Below, in pieces: positions 52,561 to 64,000 of a DNA stretch of 64,000 nucleotides. The DNA comes from Octopus sinensis (lineage: Eukaryota): contig NC_042998.1 of assembly GCF_006345805.1 (NCBI RefSeq), forward strand, positions 62,744,001 to 62,808,000, given 5' to 3'. A program made the translations under genes and the position numbers. Each line of letters begins with the position of its first letter. Within the stretch, counting starts at the first letter, position 1. The notes beneath the pieces are model-generated. The model was not told the DNA's origin. It saw nothing but the letters and a program-made list of their open reading frames with translations, and did no database searches.

Positions 52561-53205
52561 GTGATGATGCTGGTGATGAAGACAATGATGAAGATCGAAC
52601 ACAATGCAAATACGATTACATTGACGTTGATAATGGTGATGATGCTGGTAATTATGATGATGACAGTGATAAAGGTAATAATGATGGTGATGATGACGAT
52701 GATGATGTTTTGTTTTTACTACTGCTTTTTGAGAGTTGTTGCTACGGTGTATAAGAAGGGGAGACAATCGAAAGAAAACAGAAAAAAAGAGAACACTTAT
52801 TGCGGTAGGGCAGGGGAGCGGTATTAGTGGTAGCGAGTTGGTGGTAGTCATAGGGACAGTGGTGGTAAGGTTGGTTGTGGTTACAGTGGTGGGTGTGTTT
52901 GTAGTGGTGGAACGTCTAGAGACGTCGTACTTGGGCGATCATCGTACACAACGTTATTGGCCATCTTAATGACATTACCAACACCACCACCACCAGCAAC
53001 ACTACCTCCACCACTACTAGTACCACCACCAGCAAAAACAACAACAACACAACAACAGCAACAACACAGCAACAACAACAACACAACAGCAACACAACAA
53101 CACCAGCAGCAATAATAGCAACGATAGCAAGAACAATAATATTAGCAACAACAACTACAGTAACAACAGCAACAACAGCAACAACAACAACAACAACAAT
53201 TGCCG
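52470..53205. repeat. (GAT)n, (GGT)-like and (CAA/CAG/CAC)n trinucleotide-rich low-complexity block
   Basis: Directly visible. Confidence 0.9.
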
Positions 53206-53408
53206 CAACTTGGACGATAACAATAACTCTAATTATTACCCTCGTTTATGACTGGTATTTTGATTTTACTCTTTCGATTTCTCCCCAATGCAGAAGAAAT
53301 GTCCGTATCTAATCCAGAAACAAGGGACTCCCATTTATACATCAACTAGGTCCAGTTATTTATGTACGTATGTATGTATGTATGTATGTATGTATGTATG
53401 TATGTATG

Positions 53409-53442
<34 letters not shown>

Positions 53443-54144
53443 TGTGTGTATAACACACATATACAGATACATGTGTTTATACATATATGAGTGTGTCTAT
53501 ATGTTATGTATGTTTTTATGTATGCATGTACGATAGGAATGCGTATTATTACGTGTAAATCGATGTTTCAACATGTATGTGTGTGTGTGTGTGTTGTGGC
53601 AGATTCAACTATGTGACATTTATGCTTTATCTGAGACAATTCAGACGGAAGTCAAATGGAATGGAATACTATTGAGAATCCAAACTAGGCTCTCTGTAAT
53701 ATACAATTCATTTCCTTTACGTGTCGAGTGCCGTAAGGACAGTATAGACGTCACAGAATTAATTTCCTCTTAAACAACACGACAACTTACAGCAACTTGG
53801 CGTTACTCGTCCAATGCGGTTGCCATTGTTTGAATACTGTTACTGTTGCAATGAACGTATATCATCCGGCTAACACGATACACTGTCTGTCTATTAACCG
53901 AATGTATCAAGACTGCGTAATTTTCTTTCTGTTGTTACATAGAGTCCTACCATTCCTTAGGACGAAGTATGGCCGTTTAAATCAGTGGTTCTCACTATTG
54001 CTTATTTTTTTTTTTGTCCACGCCCTCAGTAGCCATTCGATATTTAAAAATTCCTATTCTTTTATTTGTTTCAGTCATTTGACTGTGGTTGGTAAACAAG
54101 CTACTGACTACACAGCCACTCCTGTGCCTATAGTTAAATATTCA

Positions 54145-54778
54145 TTTCTACTCTAGGCACAAGGCCCGAAATTTTTCGGGGTGGGGGAGGCAGTCGATTA
54201 GATCGACCTCGGTACACACCTGGTATTTAATTTATCGACCCCAAAACAATGAAAGGCAAAGTCGACCTCGGCAGAATTTGAAATCAGAACATAAAAACAG
54301 ACGAAATACCTACTTCTATTTCTTTACTACCCACGAGGGGCTAAACACAGAGAGGACAAACAAGCACAGACAAACGGATTAAATCGATTACATCGACCCC
54401 AGTGCGTAACTGGTATTTAATTTATCGACCCCGAAAGGATGAAAGGCAAAGTCGACCTCGGCGGAATTTGAACTCAGAGCGCAACGGCAGACGAAATACG
54501 GCTATGCATTTCGCCCGGCGTGCTAACGTTTCTGCCAGCTCGCCGCCTTAAGAGTCTTAGAAATATTATTTTCTACTCTAAGCATAAGGTCTGAAATGTT
54601 AGGGGTGGGGGTGCCAGTCGATTAGATCGAATCCAGTACGCAACTGGTACTTAATTTATCGACCTCGAAACGATGAAAAGCAAAGTCGACCTCGGCGGAA
54701 TTTGAACTCATAACATAAAGACAAACAAAATACCGCTAAGCACTTTTCCCGGCGTGCTAACGTTTTTGTCAACTAGGA
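54145..54778 (-). mobile_element. Three co-oriented SINE family A modules
   Basis: Same layout as 2338-2737 plus an extra copy. Confidence 0.88.
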
Positions 54779-54811
54779 ATGTCAAAATAGTTTGAACTGT
54801 ATTTTTTTTAT

Positions 54812-55018
54812 TCTTGTACTTGTTTCAGTCATTTGACTGCGGCAATACTGGAGCACTGCCTGTAGTCGAACATATTGATCCCAGAACTTATTCTTTGTAA
54901 GCCTAGTACTTACCCTATCGATCTGTTTTGCCGAAGGGAACCTAAACACACCCAGGTCGGTAGTTACACAAGTTTGGACACACAGACAGACAGACTCACA
55001 CACACACACACACACACT

Positions 55019-55067
<49 letters not shown>

Positions 55068-55985
55068 GACGGGCTTCTTTCAGTTTGATCGGCCCGAGAC
55101 AATAGTAGAAAATACGTGCCCAAGGTGCTACGCAGTGGGACTAAGCCCGGAATCACGTGGTTAGGGCGCAAGCTCATCACCACACAGCCACGCGAGCGTC
55201 TCGAGCTTCTTACCGCACAGCCCACGCATGCGCCCATTGAAGTATATCGATTTATTGCCCAGATATCTCAACAACAAAATCTTATACGGACCACTAGAGG
55301 TCATGTGGATCAAGGTAGAATATCACTGATTAAGAATAAAATCGAAATCACGGGTTCGATTCTTCTACGTAGCATGTTGGGCCAGTATTTTTTCCAAGTT
55401 ACTCGCATCAACAAATGACTTGTGAGTGAAACTGGTCGAGAATTTCGATTCGCCTCGACGTAGTTCCGAGTTCAATCCCACTGCGCGGCACCTTAGGCCA
55501 ACAAATGCTTTCTCGTTTTTCTCTAACCTTTCTGTTGTAATTTCAGTCATTAGACTGCCGCCCGGCTGGGGCACCATATTGAAGGATTCTAGTAGAACGA
55601 ATCGAACCCCAGTACATTTTCTCTTTAAATTCTGGTACTTATTCTATCGTTAACTTTTGCCGATCCGTTATGTTATGGGGACGAAAACGCACCTACATCG
55701 GTTGTCGAGGGGTGATGAGGGACGAACACAGACACGGACACACATGCACACACACACACACACACACACACACCACAGTCACACACACGCATGCACACAC
55801 AGATACACACAGGCACACATACACACATATATATGAAGGGCTTCTTTCAGTTTCCATCTTCCAAATCCACAGGCAAGGCTTTGGTCGGCTGAAGGCAATA
55901 GTTGCCCAAGTCCACGCAGTGGGACTGAATCCAGAACCACGTGGTTGGAAAGCAAACTTCTTACCACACAGCCACGCCTACGCCT
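54812..55985 (-). mobile_element. Two CORE-SINE family C copies (54812-55190 and ~55520-55985) with degenerate heads between them
   Basis: Head and tail motifs of family C. Confidence 0.8.
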
Positions 55986-56304
55986 CTAAATGAAGCTTGT
56001 AGGTTGAAACTGTTCCGGAATCCTCTTCTATACATCCACATATCTATGTATGCGTGTGCATATTTCCTGTTCGTCCCAAACACACTGACACTCGTTGCTG
56101 ATTGTTTTTCAACCACAAATTAGCGGTTCGCATGTTGAATACGATAGAATAGGAACCAGTTTTATGGACGAGAGACGGTTTCAAATCGTACAATTTTCGC
56201 TTTATATGATTGCCAATATAAAACAACGTTCAACTATATTTACTGAAAATGGAAGAGACCATTTTGAGTTTCGGAGACAGCATTGTATTTCTCGCTCGGT
56301 CGTC

Positions 56305-56629
56305 TGCTCTCTCTCTTCTCTTTGTCTCTTTCTCCCTTCTCTCTCTCTCTTCTTTCCCTCTCTTCTCTCTCTGCTCTTTCTTCTATTTTATCTCTTCTTC
56401 TTCTTCTTCTTCTTCTTCTTCTTCTTCTTCTTCTTCTTCTTCTTCTCTTCTTCTTCTTCTTCTTCTTCTTCTTCTTCGTCGTCGTCGTCGTCGTCGTCGT
56501 CTTCTTCTTCTTCTTATTTTCCTCTTCCTCCTCCGCCTTCTTCTCTGTCTGTCTGTCTCTCCCTCTCCTTCTCTTTCTTTTCTCTCCTCCTCTCTCTTCC
56601 TCTTCTCTCTGTTTCCTTCTCCCTCTGTA

Positions 56630-56630
<1 letters not shown>
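56305..56630. repeat. Polypyrimidine tract with (TTC)n interrupted by (TCG)n
   Basis: Directly visible at 56395-56515. Confidence 0.95.
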
Positions 56631-56660
<30 letters not shown>

Positions 56661-56927
56661 CAACTCCTTCAGAGATTTATTATTGCTTGTTTCCACTTTT
56701 TCGTCACTGGGAAAAGTATTTATATTTGCATTGAGAATCACTTCCCATCGCAAACCGATGGTTGTCACACGCTGATGACGGGTCAATAGCCAGCTGGAGG
56801 AGATGAATTCAAGGGGCTACAAGCTACAGTAGCATTCACCCTTAAATGTTAGTCACATTTAGGTGGCAAATATACTTCTCGATGTCGTGCGGCTACCGTT
56901 TATACCTCGCTCAGAGATTTATTATTG

Positions 56928-56971
<44 letters not shown>

Positions 56972-56974
<3 letters not shown>

Positions 56975-58214
56975 GGTGCGTTAGGTAGTTGAGGACAGAT
57001 TTATGTTTATGAAAAATCAGATATATGATCAAAGATAGTAACTTCATTTATCAAAAAATGCTATGAAGATAAAAATAAATCTTTTCTATAATGTTATTCA
57101 ATAAAGTCGTCTTCAGCTTCAACAACTGCTTTTATATGAGATCTAAAGCATCTACATGCTCGAATCAATTGGTTCTGGCTCATTTTGGACATTACTCCGA
57201 CTATGGCAGTTTTCAAAGAATCTTTTGTGTTATGGGCGTGTTCACTGACCTCTTTCTCAACAACGCTCCACGTGTAATAGTCCAATAGATTGAGGATCTG
57301 GGGAATTAGGAAGCCAAATGTTAGGGGTTATGTGACCATGAAAATGTAGATGTTACTAGAGCTATGTGTGATAATGCAGAGTCTTACTGAAACACATACG
57401 GCCTTTCATCACATAAACTGTCTATCCTAGGTTTAACAATTACTTCCAGGACTTCAATATAGGCGGCAGAGTTAACTTTAAGGCCTTGTGGAAAGAAGTA
57501 AGGAAGCATCACAAGTTCTTCATTGCTGACATACTCTAAAACCATAACAGTTGCGGGGAATGTTGTATGCATAACACTTGGAACATCAGAAAGGTCTGCA
57601 CATAACCATCTGTTATTTCTTCAGTTAAATTTTTGATCTTGGTCAAAGTTTTTCTCGTTTGAGAAAAACAAAATCAAATCTTCTGCTGGATATTTCAGTT
57701 TGTTTAAGAGCCATTTAGATCTCATGTAGTGATTTTGTTTTGGTTTTTCTGACAAAGTGACCTTTCCTCATCATATAAGACTTATATCTGATCTCTTCGT
57801 GGACAACATTTCTGACTGTTCCTTCTGACACATGGAGAGCTTTTGCAATTGATCTCATGACTTTCTGGGATTGTAATCAATGTCTTGTTGAGCTTGCTGG
57901 ATAAATGCAGGTGTTCTGATGATTTCAGTGTTTAGAATGCTTTTTATGCTTTGATACTGGTGATACGTCTCCATCTTCAGTCTCTAGCTCCTTAGAAACT
58001 TTGTAGACGAAAGTTCTAACAACTTTTAAAATCGAGATATTTCTAAATCGCTATGCTCAGCCTATATAACCACAATAAGAGCATGCCTATTCATTTCTTG
58101 AGTAAGCTGGAATGTCTGCCGTTATTATTTTCTGAAACAAAAATTATACAGAGTTAGCAAAAAATGCAGCAAGGACCCAAAAAGGGTATGTCCTGAAATA
58201 CCTTACGCACCCTG
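56972..58214 (-). mobile_element. Tc1/mariner-superfamily transposon, maT (DD37D)-like, decayed, both TIRs present
   Basis: TIRs CAGGGTGCGTTAGGTAGTTGAGGACA / CAGGGTGCGTAAGGTATTTCAGGACA with TA on both sides. YVFQ*DSA and WLPNSPD..LDYYTWSVVE motifs. D-D spacing cannot be measured because of a deletion. Confidence 0.88.
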
Positions 58215-58448
58215 TATATATGGGCGTGTGTATAATATACGTGAATTGTATACACACACGCATACACGCACATACAAATATATATATATAGACACACACG
58301 CCACACGCATACACATACACACACACACATATATATATATATATGTATGTATGTGTGTATGTATGTATGTATGTATGTATGTATGTATGTATGTATGTAT
58401 GTATGTATGTATGTATGTATGTATGTGTGTATGTATACATAATGCTCA

Positions 58449-58602
58449 GGCGTGGCTGTGTGGTAAGAAATTTGATTATCAACCATGCGGTTCCGTGTTA
58501 TCTTTGGCAAGTGTATTCTAATATAGTCCCAGACCGACTAAAGCCTTGTCAGTGGTCTTGATAGAACGAAAGTGAAAGAAGTCTGTCATATATATATTTA
58601 TG

Positions 58603-58641
<39 letters not shown>

Positions 58642-59285
58642 TCACACACGCACACACATACACACACATTTCTGGAAGCACTCCGTCGGTTACGACGACG
58701 AGGGTTCCGGTTGATCCGATCAACGGAACAGCCTGCTCGTGAAATTAACGTGTAAGTGGTTGAGCACTCCACAGACACGTGCACCCTTAACGTAGTTCTC
58801 GGGGATATTCAGCGTGACACAGAGAGTGACAAGGCCGGCCCTTTGAAATACAGGTACAACAGAAACAGGAAGTAAGAGTGAGAGAAAGTTGTGGTGAAAG
58901 AGTACAGCAGGGATCACCACCCCCTGTCGGAGCCTCGTGGAGCTTTAGGCGTTTTCGCTCAATAAACACCCACAACGCCCGGTCTGGGAATCGAAACCGC
59001 GATCCTACGACCGCGAGTCCGCTGCCCTAACCACTGGGCCATTGCGCCTCCACATACATACATACATATACACAGATACACACAGTCACACACACATATA
59101 TATGTATATATCTAACTGTGTGTGTTTATCTCCCGCTTGAGAACCAGTGTTGGTGTGTTTACGTCCCCGTAAATTAGCGGTTCGGCAAAAGAGAACGATA
59201 GAATAAGTACTAGACTTAGAAAAAAAGAAGTCCTACAATCGATTTGTTGAACCCTTAAAGTTGGTGGTCCACCATGGCCGCAGCT
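58449..59285 (+). mobile_element. CORE-SINE family C (head 58449-58590, tail ~59120-59285) with nested full family D SINE (minus, 58678-59050)
   Basis: The nested copy is the reverse complement of 763-1167 without the insert. Confidence 0.85.
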
Positions 59286-59744
59286 TGTTGTATCCTATCA
59301 TGCGTAAAATACAAGAATTGATGTCACTGACATATCCTACCCTGCTGAATGCAACGAGCTGACGTTAACATCTTCTCTACACTATCACGTGGCGTATGTA
59401 ATGACAAGACTGATGTCACTAAAAAGGTCAAAACAACCACGTGACCGTGATCAAACAATGTAGACCGAAATATTTCCATTTCACCTAGAAGCAATTTTAG
59501 ATTTCTTTTGATTTCTCTACATTTTAAAACTTATTGCATGATCTGAGAACGTTCTACGTTTATCCTTAGAACTGGAGTTTAATGTTGTGTGGGCTACTTC
59601 GTTTCGTTTGTCCACGCACACCTATATATATAATATATGTGTGTGTGTGTGTGTGTGATATAAGTATATATATATGCATATATATGTACGTATATGTGTG
59701 TGTTTTTTATGCAACTAAACCAGGGCTACTGTCTCGCATGCCAC

Positions 59745-60012
59745 CTAGTGGTTAGGGCAGCGGACTCGCGGTCGTAGGATCGCCGTTTCGATTCCCAGAC
59801 CGAGCGTTGTGAGTGTTTATTGAGCGAAAACACCTAAAGCTCCACGTGGCTCCGGCAGCGGATGGTGGTGATCCCTGCTGTACTCTTTCGCCACAACTTT
59901 ATCTCACTCTTTCTTCTGTTGGCCTGCTCGCTTAGCCAGCGGCTAAAACAATGCGTAGCGCATTGTGACCAGCGATGTGTAGCAACATCTGATAGCCTGG
60001 TCGGTCACGTGG
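59745..60012 (+). mobile_element. SINE family D variant
   Basis: Same head as 763. Same alternative tail as 16291-16570 (GGCTAAAACAATGCG...GGTCGGTCACGTG). Confidence 0.85.
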
Positions 60013-60099
60013 TATATATATATATATATATATATGTATTTGCGTGTGTGTGTGTGTGTGTGTGTGTCTGTGTCTGCATGTGGTCCAAATAGAAAAATA

Positions 60100-60338
60100 A
60101 AGACGGAGACAGGTGTAAGAAAAACAAGAACATAAGTGTATCAATTTGACGCTCAGGAAACATGGAAATGTCTTTTACGTTTCGAGCCTAAGCTCTTTGA
60201 CAGCAAGGAATAAAAGGAAATAAATAAAGAATGAAAAAAAAAACATGTTGATATATGTATACATAAATAAAAATATAATATATATATATATAAAACTATA
60301 TATACTTACATAAAGTGTACGTAGGCCGATATGATATA

Positions 60339-60392
<54 letters not shown>

Positions 60393-60600
60393 AAGTAATC
60401 CAGACAAGAAAGCACAAAAAAAACACACACAACGCGAGACGTGGAACAAATATAGTATTATTGGACGCCCAGGAAAGAAGGAGGGTTTAACGTTTTGAGC
60501 GGAGCTCTTCGTCGGAAACATAGGAGAAGGAAGATCCAGAGAAGGGAAGACAGAGGAAAAAAATCGCCAACGGTACACACGGTAACAACGGTACACACGA
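60100..60600 (-). mobile_element. Two related PLE/retrozyme-like repeats with decayed hammerheads (60170-60207 and 60484-60520)
   Basis: CTGTCAA-A-GAGC-TTAG-GCTC-GAAAC-GTA-AAAG and GTTT-CCGACGA-A-GAGC-TCC-GCTC-AAAAC-GTT-AAAC. A deleted relative lies at ~45715-45850. Confidence 0.65.
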
Positions 60601-60675
60601 GGTCACACACACACACAACACACACACAATATATATATATATATATATATAATATATATATCTATATATATACAC

Positions 60676-60885
60676 GTTAGCGGGCCGGGCGAAATGCTTA
60701 GCGGTATTTCGTCTGTTGTTACGTTCTGAGTTCAAATTGCGCTGAGGTCGACTTTGCCTTTCATCTTTTCGGGGTCGATAAATAAAGTACTAGTTTCTCA
60801 CTGGGGTCGATTTAATCGACTTATCCCTTTGTCTGTCCTTGTTTGTCCCTTCTATGTTTAGCTCCTTGTGGGCAATAAAGAAATA
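60676..60885 (+). mobile_element. SINE family A copy
   Basis: Family A core with TTTGTCTGTCCTTGTTTGTCCC tail. Confidence 0.85.
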
Positions 60886-61222
60886 TATATGTGTATATAT
60901 ATATATAAATACAAAATGGGAAAAGAACGCAAAACATCCAGACAGTTAGGTGATACATAAAAGAGACAACAAAACATCCAGATAGACGATGCAAAGAAAA
61001 CAAGGACGAGTCATTCGGAGTTTTCTTTCCTCAGTCGAGTTCCATATTATCTTTGCAATTTCGGCTGGTTATACTTGAGATTTCTCCAATCTGGCCACCC
61101 CCAAGGAAAAAGTAAGCTAAGTGCATTAGGTTCCTTGCAAGAAAGCAGTGAATGTATACGAAAACAAGGACGGAAAAAATAGAGAAAAAGTTACGCAAAT
61201 ACAATAAAAATAATAATAACAG

Positions 61223-61272
<50 letters not shown>

Positions 61273-61778
61273 GTGTGTGTGTAGACAGACACACATACAC
61301 ATATTCACACATATATAGGAGTGAGTGGACAAACATATGTATATATAAACAAATTAACTATATAGCTGCAAACACGGTGAATAAACATTGTACGGAAGTG
61401 CCAAAGGTAGTGTAAAAGAGCCTTTTCAACATCAATAAAATACATGCATACTTATACATTTGTGTGTGTGTGTGCATGTCTTTGCACGAATGTACGTATG
61501 AATCTGTACACTGGTATATGCGTATGTGTTTGTATTTTTGTATTTCTGTGCGAACGACATTCTATTTAGCAGTATCCTACAAGCTGACGGCCGGATATAT
61601 GTAGAACGATGGATCTGCATATCTTTGCGATCAGATGTTTGAGAGTCACACAAACAGCTGCAGCAAGCACATGACCTTTTGCACAGATATAGCGAACACA
61701 CACCACACATACACAAACGCACACACCCACACGCACACACAACAAAATAATACATACATATATACACACTCATATAGT

Positions 61779-61848
<70 letters not shown>

Positions 61849-62189
61849 GTTATCCACATAAATAAATATATACCCACAAGCTGACATATGAGCGCGACGC
61901 ATATGTGTCATCGATTTTTTGAAAACAAAGCGAGCCAGTGCAGAAGACAGATATACCATTTCGATTTGAAAGAAAACCCCAAATGTCTAATGAATTATAC
62001 AGATAAGAGATTCTCCAAAGAATGTTCATATAAAAAGCAAGAAGTCTTATCATATTACACCGATTAGCGAAGCGGTATGTTAAAATGGCGAATGTTATCT
62101 CTCCTTTATTTTTTATATAATTTCCTTCCTGTAAGTCTCTGTGGAAATTCCGGTGTATATATATATAATAAAATAAATATATATATATA

Positions 62190-62220
<31 letters not shown>

Positions 62221-62869
62221 GTGTGTGGTGTGTGTGTGTGTGTGTGTGCGCGAGTGTGTGTGTGTAAATATGTGTATATGTCCATATGTCTGCATTTGTT
62301 TTGTATATTTTTTCGGGTGATTGTTATTAAAAGTATAAAAATGTTCAATACATTTTATATGATAAGACGCATCAAATATCCTCAATATGCTTTTTTTTTC
62401 TCAAAACACGCGCGTACAAGTATGCATATAGAGACATACATACATACTTGCAACACACACATATATAATATATATATAATATATATGTATATATTATATA
62501 TATATATAATATATACACATCTATACATACATACACATATATACACTTATTACACTTATATACATACACACACACACACCACACACACATATATTATATA
62601 TATATATATATATATAATATAGTGGAGTGACCTGTATGGGTAGCGCCACTGTTGAAGTGACAAGAGTTGGGATTGCTTGTCTTCATTGAACGATAATGGA
62701 CGAAAATGACGACAATGCGGTCTTTCTCCTCATTCTCTTTCTGAAATCTTTGTTCTGTCTCACTTTATTCTTTTATTAAATTGTTTAATTTTAGAAAATG
62801 CTGCATCTCCTAATTTGACACATGTTGTTACACACACACACAGACCGCAAGTTCTCCTATCACGGTTTA

Positions 62870-63029
62870 TTATTTAAGCTTACGTTGATTCTTCCGTGGT
62901 ATTGCTTTGCATTTATAATAAAATAAATATATACAAATATAGAGTACAATACCGTTTGTACTTCGCGGATTTTCAGCTATCGAGGGTGTTTTTGGAACGT
63001 AACGCACGCCGATAGTATTGGGATTACTG
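62870..63029 (-). mobile_element. Partial copy of the Tigger-type MITE at 48860
   Basis: CTTCGCGGATTTTCA...GGGATTACTG-TA. Confidence 0.75.
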
Positions 63030-63122
63030 TATATATATTTAGATAGTAATTGCATGACAACAAAAGAATGAATGAGACCTCGATATTATGTAAATAGAGG
63101 AATTTATTTGGAATATAATATA

Positions 63123-63263
63123 TGACAATTATTCGGCTGCCATTATAAAACTCCGAGTTTCGGATGTCGGGGCAGAAATCTGTTCCGGCATCTCGTCTCG
63201 GAGCAGATTTCTGCCCCGACATCCAAAACTAGGTGTTTTATTATGGCAACCGAATAATTGTCA
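63123..63263. mobile_element. Foldback element / MITE with ~65-bp arms
   Basis: TGACAATTATTCGG.TGCCAT.ATAAAAC...GGATGTCGGGGCAGAAATCTG and its reverse complement flank an ~11-nt loop. Confidence 0.85.
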
Positions 63264-63371
63264 CATATATTACATATATACATATAATATATGTATGTAT
63301 GTATTATGTAGGTATGTATGTATGTATGTAGTTATGTATGTATATATGTATGTAGGTATGTAGTATGTATG

Positions 63372-63435
<64 letters not shown>

Positions 63436-63637
63436 CAAAGTGAAGTTTTGTAAGGTGCCGCAGTGTAGAATTATATATGAAAGAAGGTTTGAAAATGCAA
63501 TTTTAAAAGATGTTTTTTACTTGACCGGTTTCACTTCTTTAGAAAACGATTGTCAAAAGTAACATGTAAAAGCTTTGTTGTGTTAGCTATTGGTTATCAC
63601 AAAATATTACAATACAAATAATAATAATGATGATCAT

Positions 63638-63825
63638 AAGATAACATTGATGGGTACAGCCCATATACTACGGAAAGCACTCTACATCTAATATGGAATA
63701 AATGTGGTGATAATTTTAGCATGCATAGCAAAACAAATGAGCCTTTGCTACTCTTGGCCTCCGGAGAATGCCCCCTACTAAGGCAGCTGAAATAAAGTTA
63801 TAATGAAAAGAAACCATAAATAATA
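63638..63825 (+). mobile_element. Extremely 5'-truncated R4/Dong LINE
   Basis: 63638-63691 encodes KITLMGTAHILRKALYI*, versus KIVLMGTAHILRKILSM* at the end of the large copy. Flanked by AAT-type repeats on both sides. Confidence 0.85.
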
Positions 63826-63914
63826 ATATCAACAACAACAACAACAACAAGAACACCACCACCACCACCACCACAACAACAACAACAACATAATAATAAT
63901 AATAACAATGATAA

Positions 63915-63945
<31 letters not shown>

Positions 63946-64000
63946 ATATGTATTATATATATATATATTATATATATATATATAATTTATATATCTTTCT

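Noticed and set aside
52373-53084. Poly-His, poly-Met and Gly/Val-rich ORFs
   Set aside because: Fully explained by (GAT)n/(GGT)n/(CAA)n low complexity. No domain or splice support.
56095-56789. 226-aa and overlapping ORFs with poly-F/S/L
   Set aside because: Product of the (TTC)n/(TCG)n tract.
63700-64000. Telomere-like or satellite end
   Set aside because: Only ordinary CAA/CAC/AAT/TATC/TA microsatellites. No TTAGGG arrays.

Overview
AT-rich eukaryotic (animal) genomic DNA. It is essentially intronic or intergenic and saturated with microsatellites and mobile-element debris. From my recall of the SINE sequences and the mix of Dong/R4 LINE, Penelope and Tc1/mariner elements, it looks like an Octopus genome; this is an inference, not a database result. 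No complete host gene is visible, and almost all ORF-track entries are microsatellite translations. Recognisable coding relics: a near-intact 5'-truncated R4/Dong RT-REL retrotransposon (22401-24590) plus three short R4/Dong 3' fragments, all abutting (AAT)n; a decayed Penelope-like RT (11.4-12.6 kb); a hAT(m)-like transposase relic; an intron-containing Tc1; a maT-like element with both TIRs; and a mariner fragment. About 40 tRNA-derived SINE copies from four modular families are present. The main hidden signal is a dispersed set of about ten minimal type I hammerhead ribozyme motifs from several unrelated repeat families. One has a fully canonical core (32807-32900, minus). Several occur as inverted pairs, and a CCGANGA core variant recurs. 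This points to a Penelope/retrozyme-type system. One GC-richer segment (1372-1475) may be a terminal host exon, and a degenerate 30-bp minisatellite lies at 5.6-6.7 kb. Repeat boundaries are approximate (hand-read).
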